Assembly: GCA_024679065.1 (NCBI GenBank)
Contig: JAGIQG010000018.1
Location: 24,056,001-24,120,000, forward strand
Length of the DNA: 64,000 bases
From: Sphyrna mokarran
Taxonomy: Eukaryota
Direction of reading: 5' to 3'
Part shown: piece by piece, positions 58,689 to 64,000 of the stretch
Position numbering within the stretch: the first letter of the stretch is position 1
Layout of the letters: each line of letters starts with the position of its first letter
Translations under genes and position numbers: made by a program
The notes under the pieces: model-generated
The model's input: only the letters and a program-made list of their open reading frames with translations
Told to the model about the DNA's origin: nothing
Databases searched by the model: none

Positions 58689-61211
58689 CTTGGTGTGTAA
58701 ATAACCTTGATTAAACTTAATGTAACATATTCTTAAATTAAATAACCTTGGTTACATTAAACTTGGTGTTGCCTCACCAATTCCCTATATAGTTGCAATA
58801 AACTATCCCTATTCCTATATTCAAATCCTCAAATATGTCCCAGTTTACTTGATAATCATCCCTGGGCAAATCAAAGGTGATGGCGCAATAGTATACAATT
58901 AAGAGGAAGTGACTTTGGAAGTCTTTTACATTGATGCTGAACCCATGAAGTCTCATGGCGTCTGGTGAAAAAATGTGCAAAGGACCTTTTGTTAATTACC
59001 ACCTATCAAATTCCCTAAGCTGGTGAATCAGTAATCATCTATATTGAACATCAGTTGAAAGAAGTACTGAAGTAGCAATGGCACAGAACATACCTCAGGA
59101 TGGGGGCTTTAATGTCTACTGTCAAGAGTGCCATAGCACCACCACTAATCAACCTTGCTGAGCCCTGAAAGATTTTTCTTGTAGCAGGTGGTGAGAAGGA
59201 AAAATTTATTTGTCCTTGTCCTCACCAACCTACTGGTTGCAGATGTATTTATCCATGATGTTATTGGTAGGAATGACCACTTCATAATCCTTATGAAAAA
59301 TAAGTTTTATTTTCACACTAAGGGTGCTCCCTCTAACGTGTTATGTGGTATCACCCCCATGCTAAAAGGGACAGATTCAGAATAGACTTATAAACTTAAA
59401 ACTGGACATTGATGAAATGGCAGCAGAACTGCATTCCTCCACAATCTGTAACCTCATGACCCAGCATATCTCTAACTCTACCATTACTATCAAGCCAGCA
59501 GACCATCACTGATGCAATGAGGAATGAAGGAGAGCAAGCCAGGAGCAGCAGCAGGAATATACAAAAATATGATTCCCACCTGGTGAAGCTGCAACTTTAT
59601 CCATGAGAAACAGTGGAGGCAGCATGCATAGACACAGCTAAGTGATCCTACAACCAACAGATAAGATCAAGGCTCTGCAGTGCCACCATATGCAGTTGTG
59701 AATGGTGGTGGACAATTAAACAGCTAACTGTAGGAGGACGCTCCATAAATATCCCTATTCTCCATGATGGAGAAGCCCAGTACTTATTCAGAATAAAATG
59801 CTCATCGGTATTCAGTTTGAGTTGAGCCAGGACAGTGTGGCTTCTGACCTCATTACAGCTTTGATCCAAACATGGACAAAAGAGCTCAATTCTAGAGGTG
59901 AGATAAAAGTGACAGCCCTTTACATCAAGGCAGCATTTGACCAAGTGTGACATCAGGAGTCCCTAACAAAATTGAAATGAATGAGAATCATACATCATAG
60001 AATCTCAGCACCAAAACATTATTGCAGTGTTCCTGAGGATAATGACCTAGGTATTTGTTAAAAATTTAAGTAGTTGTACAATTGCTTTAAGAGCCGGTCA
60101 CAGGATTTGATGGTGATGTCACTGGGGTATTTCATAGGCTTCTTCATTTTCCACTCTACAGGCAACAGCATCTGCAATAAATCCATTGTTATTTTAAATC
60201 AACACTTGCAAACCACGTCTTTTTGTTTAAAACTCTCAATCCTAACCTTAGTTAAGACATTATAGTACCAGCCATCTTCAGCCGCTTTATTAATGACTCT
60301 CTGTCCAACGTAATATCAGAAGTGGAAATGCTCACTGATGATTGCACAATGTACTATAACATTCACAGGCAGTCTATACCCATATGCAAGAAGAATTTGT
60401 CAACATTCATGCTTGGTATTGATAAGAGGCAAGTAGCATTCATAAATGCCAGGCTCTAACAAGAGAAAATCTAATCATCTCCCCTTGATATTTAATGGCA
60501 TTAAGATTATTGAACCTTCTATCAACATTGGAGTTACCATTAAACAGAAACTTAACTAGACAATCAGATAAATAGAGAGGTTACAAGAGCAGGTCAGAGG
60601 CTGGAAATTCTGAGGAGAGTAACTTATATTCTGATTCCCCAAAGTCTGTCCCGTCTATAAGGTGGAAGTGTCAGCAGTGTGATGGAATACTCCCCACTTG
60701 CCCAGATTAGTGAGTTCCAACAACACTCAAGCTAAACTTCATCTAGGACAAAGCAGCCCACTTGGTCAGTATCCCATCAATCCACCTTAAAGATTCATTC
60801 CCTCCACGACCATCACAGAGCTACAAGAGTGCATACTATGTACAAGATGCACTGTAGTAATTCATCAAGGTTCCTTGCAAATCCACAATCCTTATCAACC
60901 AGAAGGACAAGGGCAGCAAACGCATAGGAACATCACCAACTGCAAGTTCATCCTTTGAGTCATATATTATCCTGACTTGAAAATATATTGCTGCGTCTTC
61001 ATTGTCAGTGGGTCAAAATCCTGGAAGTGACTTCCTATAGCATTTTGAGTGTACTTAGAACTCATAAACTCCAGTTGTTAAAGAAGGCAGTTCACAGAGC
61101 CTTCTCAAGGGAAATTAGAGAGAGATTAGAGTTAGTCTTGACAGCGAAGCCATGAACAAATTAAAAATTCAGCTGGGAATAATATGGCATGGAGCAATAC
61201 ATTTCGTATAT

Positions 61212-61585
61212 GGGTGACATGGTAGCGCAGTGGTTAAGATGGCACAGTGGTTAGGGTGGTACAGTGAAACAGTGGTTAGCACAGCTATCTCACAGTGCCA
61301 AGGATTTGGGTTCAATTCCAGCCTTAGGTGATTGTGTGGAGTCCGTACATTCTCCCCATGTCTATGTAGGTTTCTTCCAGGTTTTGGTTTCCTCCCACAT
61401 TCCAAGGATGTGTGGGTTAGGTTAATTGGCCATACTAAGTTGTCCCTTAGTGTCGGGAAGACTAGCAGGATAAGTATGTGTGATTATTGGGATAGGGTCT
61501 GAATGGGATTTCTGTCAGTGGAGACTTGATGGGCTAAACAGCCTCCTTCTGCACTCTCGGGATTTGAGAATTCTGTGATTTCAAA
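61212..61585 (+). mobile_element. HE1-like SINE with a reiterated head
   Basis: CAGTGGTTA occurs three times, followed by B-box GGTTCAATTCC and the V core. Confidence 0.85.
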
Positions 61586-61589
61586 GCAA

Positions 61590-61900
61590 TACATTAGGGA
61601 GTAATACAACAAAGGAAAGAACACTTAGAAGTAATACAGCAGGGAGCAATATATCAGAGTGTAATACAGAAGGGTGCATGGTATCTGCTGGAAGTAATAG
61701 AGCATGGGGCATTGTATCTGGAGTAATACTTCGGGGAATATTGTACCTGGGAATAATACAGCAGGGAATAATATTTCTGAGAGTAATAGAGTTTGGGGCA
61801 TTGTATTTGGAAGTAGTATAGCAGGGGACAATTTATCTGGAGTAGTACAGCAGGGATCTGTGCATTTCAATATAATACAGCAGAGAGCCATACATGTATA
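61590..61900 (+). repeat. ~29 bp minisatellite (GGAGTAATACAGCAGGGAGCAATATATCT-like), about 10 copies
   Basis: Directly visible recurrence. Confidence 0.8.
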
Positions 61901-62289
61901 GAATTTATCACTATCACATATAGGCCACACAGTAGTAGGAGGGAGTGAATCATTCCAAATGTCAGCCTTAATATCTTATAAGCAGGAGCAGTAAGTTGCA
62001 GCAAAAAAGAGCCTCACGTGAAAGTACCTGAAGCAGAACAGAAACACTTACTAATTTTTAAATAGAGATAAATCTGAGGGGAACAAGAAACAAAATTGCC
62101 TTCAACTTTTATCTATTTAATCCAACAACATGCTTTCAATGCAAACAGCTGTATGGACTGGACACCAACAGGAACAGAAAGATGTCATTAATTTTACACT
62201 AAGATTCATTGTAAATAGAGTTCATGCACATCCAATAAAAAACATCTCATTGCTTTCAAAAATTTGGTGGTGTCTAATTATCCATTTAT

Positions 62290-64000
62290 TGACCAACTAC
62301 AGATTTGATTGGAAACGGAATCTATCAGGAAAGACTGTGGAAAAGTGGTCGGAGTTTTGGGGGATAATTTGGAAGGCACAACATAAATTCATTCCAAGGA
62401 AGAGGAAGCATTTCGGAGGAGGACGAGGCAACCAATGCTGACAAGGGAAGTCTAGGACAGCATAAAAGCAAAGAGCATATAGTGGGAAGCCAGAGGATTG
62501 GGAAGCCTTTAAAAGCAAGCAGAAGATGACTAAAAAACAATAAAAGTAGAGACGAAATATGAGGGTAAACTAGCTAGTAATATAAAAGAAGATTGCATGA
62601 GGTTTTTTTAGATATATAAAAGGTAAGAGAGAAGCAAGAATGAGCATTGGACCACTGGAAAATGAGGCTAGAGAAGTAATACTAGGGGACAAAGAAGTGG
62701 CAGAGGAACTGAATGGGTGGAAGACACCAGTAACATGCCAGAACTTTGAGTTAAGGGGTAGAGGTAAATGGAGAGGGTGCTAGGGAAACTGAAAGATCTG
62801 AAGGTGGATAAATCATCCAGACCAGATGGATTACACTCAGGGTTCTGAAGGAGATAGCTGAGGAGATGTGGAAGCATTGCTGGTGATCTTTCAGGAAGCA
62901 CTGGAGTCAGGGAAGACCCCAGAGAACTGGAGAAAGACTAATGTAACACCCCTGTTTAAGAAGGGAGGGAGACAGAAAATGGCAAATTATAGGTTAGTTA
63001 TCCTGACCTCAGTCATGGATAAGATTTGGAGTCTATTATTAAGGATGAAATTGCAGAGTACTTGGAAAGGCATGGGAAAATAAGGCTGAGTAAACATGGC
63101 TTTGTCAAAGGGAGGTCATGTCTGACAAATCTGTTAGAAATCTTTATGGAGGTAACAAAGAAGTTGAACAAAGGAGAGCCAGTGAATGTGATTTATTTGG
63201 ATTTTCAGAAAGCTTTTGACAAAGTGCCTTACATAGGCTGCTAATTAAGCTAAGAGCCAATGCTGTTAGAGACAAGGTACTTGCATGGATAGAAGATTGG
63301 CTAACAGATAGAAGGCAGAGAGTGGAGATAAGGGGATTCTTTTCAGGATGGCAACCGATGACTAGTGGTTTTTCCACAGGGGTCAGTATTGGGACCACAA
63401 CTTTTCATTACGTACACTAATGATCTGGGAGATGGAACTGAGGCATGGTTGCTAAGTTTGTGGATGATACAAAGATATGTAGAGGGACAGACAGTGTTGA
63501 GGAAACGGGGAGGCTGCAGAATGATTGGACAGGCTTGGAGAGTAGGCAAAAAAATGGCAGATGGAATACAGTTATACACTTTGGTAGGAAGAATAGAGGC
63601 ATAGATTATTTTTTAAAATGGGGAAAGGCTCCGGAAATCTGAAACACAAAAGGACTTGGGAGTCCTGGTTCAGGACTCTCTTAAGGTTAACATACAGGTT
63701 CAGTTGGCAATTAAGAAAGCAAATTCAATGTTAGCATTCATTTCTAGAGGGATAATGTACAAGAGCAAGGATGTACTGCTGAGGGTGTATAAGGCTCTAA
63801 TCAGACCTCATTTGGAATATTGTGAGCAATTTTGGGTTCCATACCTAAGAAAGGATGTGCTGGCCTTGGAGGAGGTCCAGAGAAGGTTCACAAGAATGAT
63901 CCCAAGAATGAAGGATTTGTCATTTGAGGAGCAGTTGAGGAGACTGGGTCTATATTTGATGGAATTTAGAAGAACGAGGGGGGATCTAATTGAAATTTAC
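62290..64000 (+). mobile_element. Degenerate CR1 LINE ORF2 (RT), running off the window
   Basis: PENWRKTNVTPLFKKG, HGFVKGRSCLTNLL, YLDFQKAFDKVP, PQGSVLGPQLF and KFVDDTK, with frameshifts. Confidence 0.93.

Larger units (their letters stand above)
56875..61168 (+). mobile_element. Degenerate LINE (CR1/L2 group, distinct from the main CR1 family) with a SINE-like 5' end
   Basis: EN start GLVPKLREFSCILAKQQPDI (~57303), IGRNDHFII (SDH-like), RT LYIKAAFDQV*H and LTDDCT, and a 3' end CCTTCTCAAGGGAAATTAG...A-rich. Interrupted at 57400-58770. Confidence 0.75.

Noticed and set aside
44646-64000. HS3ST exon 1 (transmembrane segment and GVKKGGT PAPS-binding motif)
   Set aside because: No such motif appears in the ORF track or by eye, so exon 1 probably lies beyond the window.

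Overview
Repeat-dense vertebrate genomic DNA, almost certainly from a cartilaginous fish (shark), judging by its HE1/V-SINE, SacSINE1/Deu-type SINE, shark-type CR1 and Penelope families. The only host protein-coding sequence I can support is the terminal exon of a heparan sulfate glucosamine 3-O-sulfotransferase (HS3ST2/4 type) on the minus strand at 44027-44645. It has a clean phase-2 splice acceptor. Exon 1 is not in the window, so everything to its right is probably one long intron. The rest is layered, mostly decayed transposons: Gypsy LTR remnants, three Harbinger remnants, many CR1 LINEs (one young copy with an intact 353-codon frame), several minisatellites and a 169-N assembly gap. The most striking structure is a set of Penelope-like insertions with inverted termini that carry minimal hammerhead-ribozyme motifs with co-varying stems. 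One of them is a near-perfect ~1 kb palindrome (51583-52568) with a 12-bp target-site duplication, sitting at the bottom of a four-level nest (CR1 > Harbinger > SINE > Penelope). Boundaries of old repeats were judged by eye and are approximate. Family names come from recall, not from database searches.
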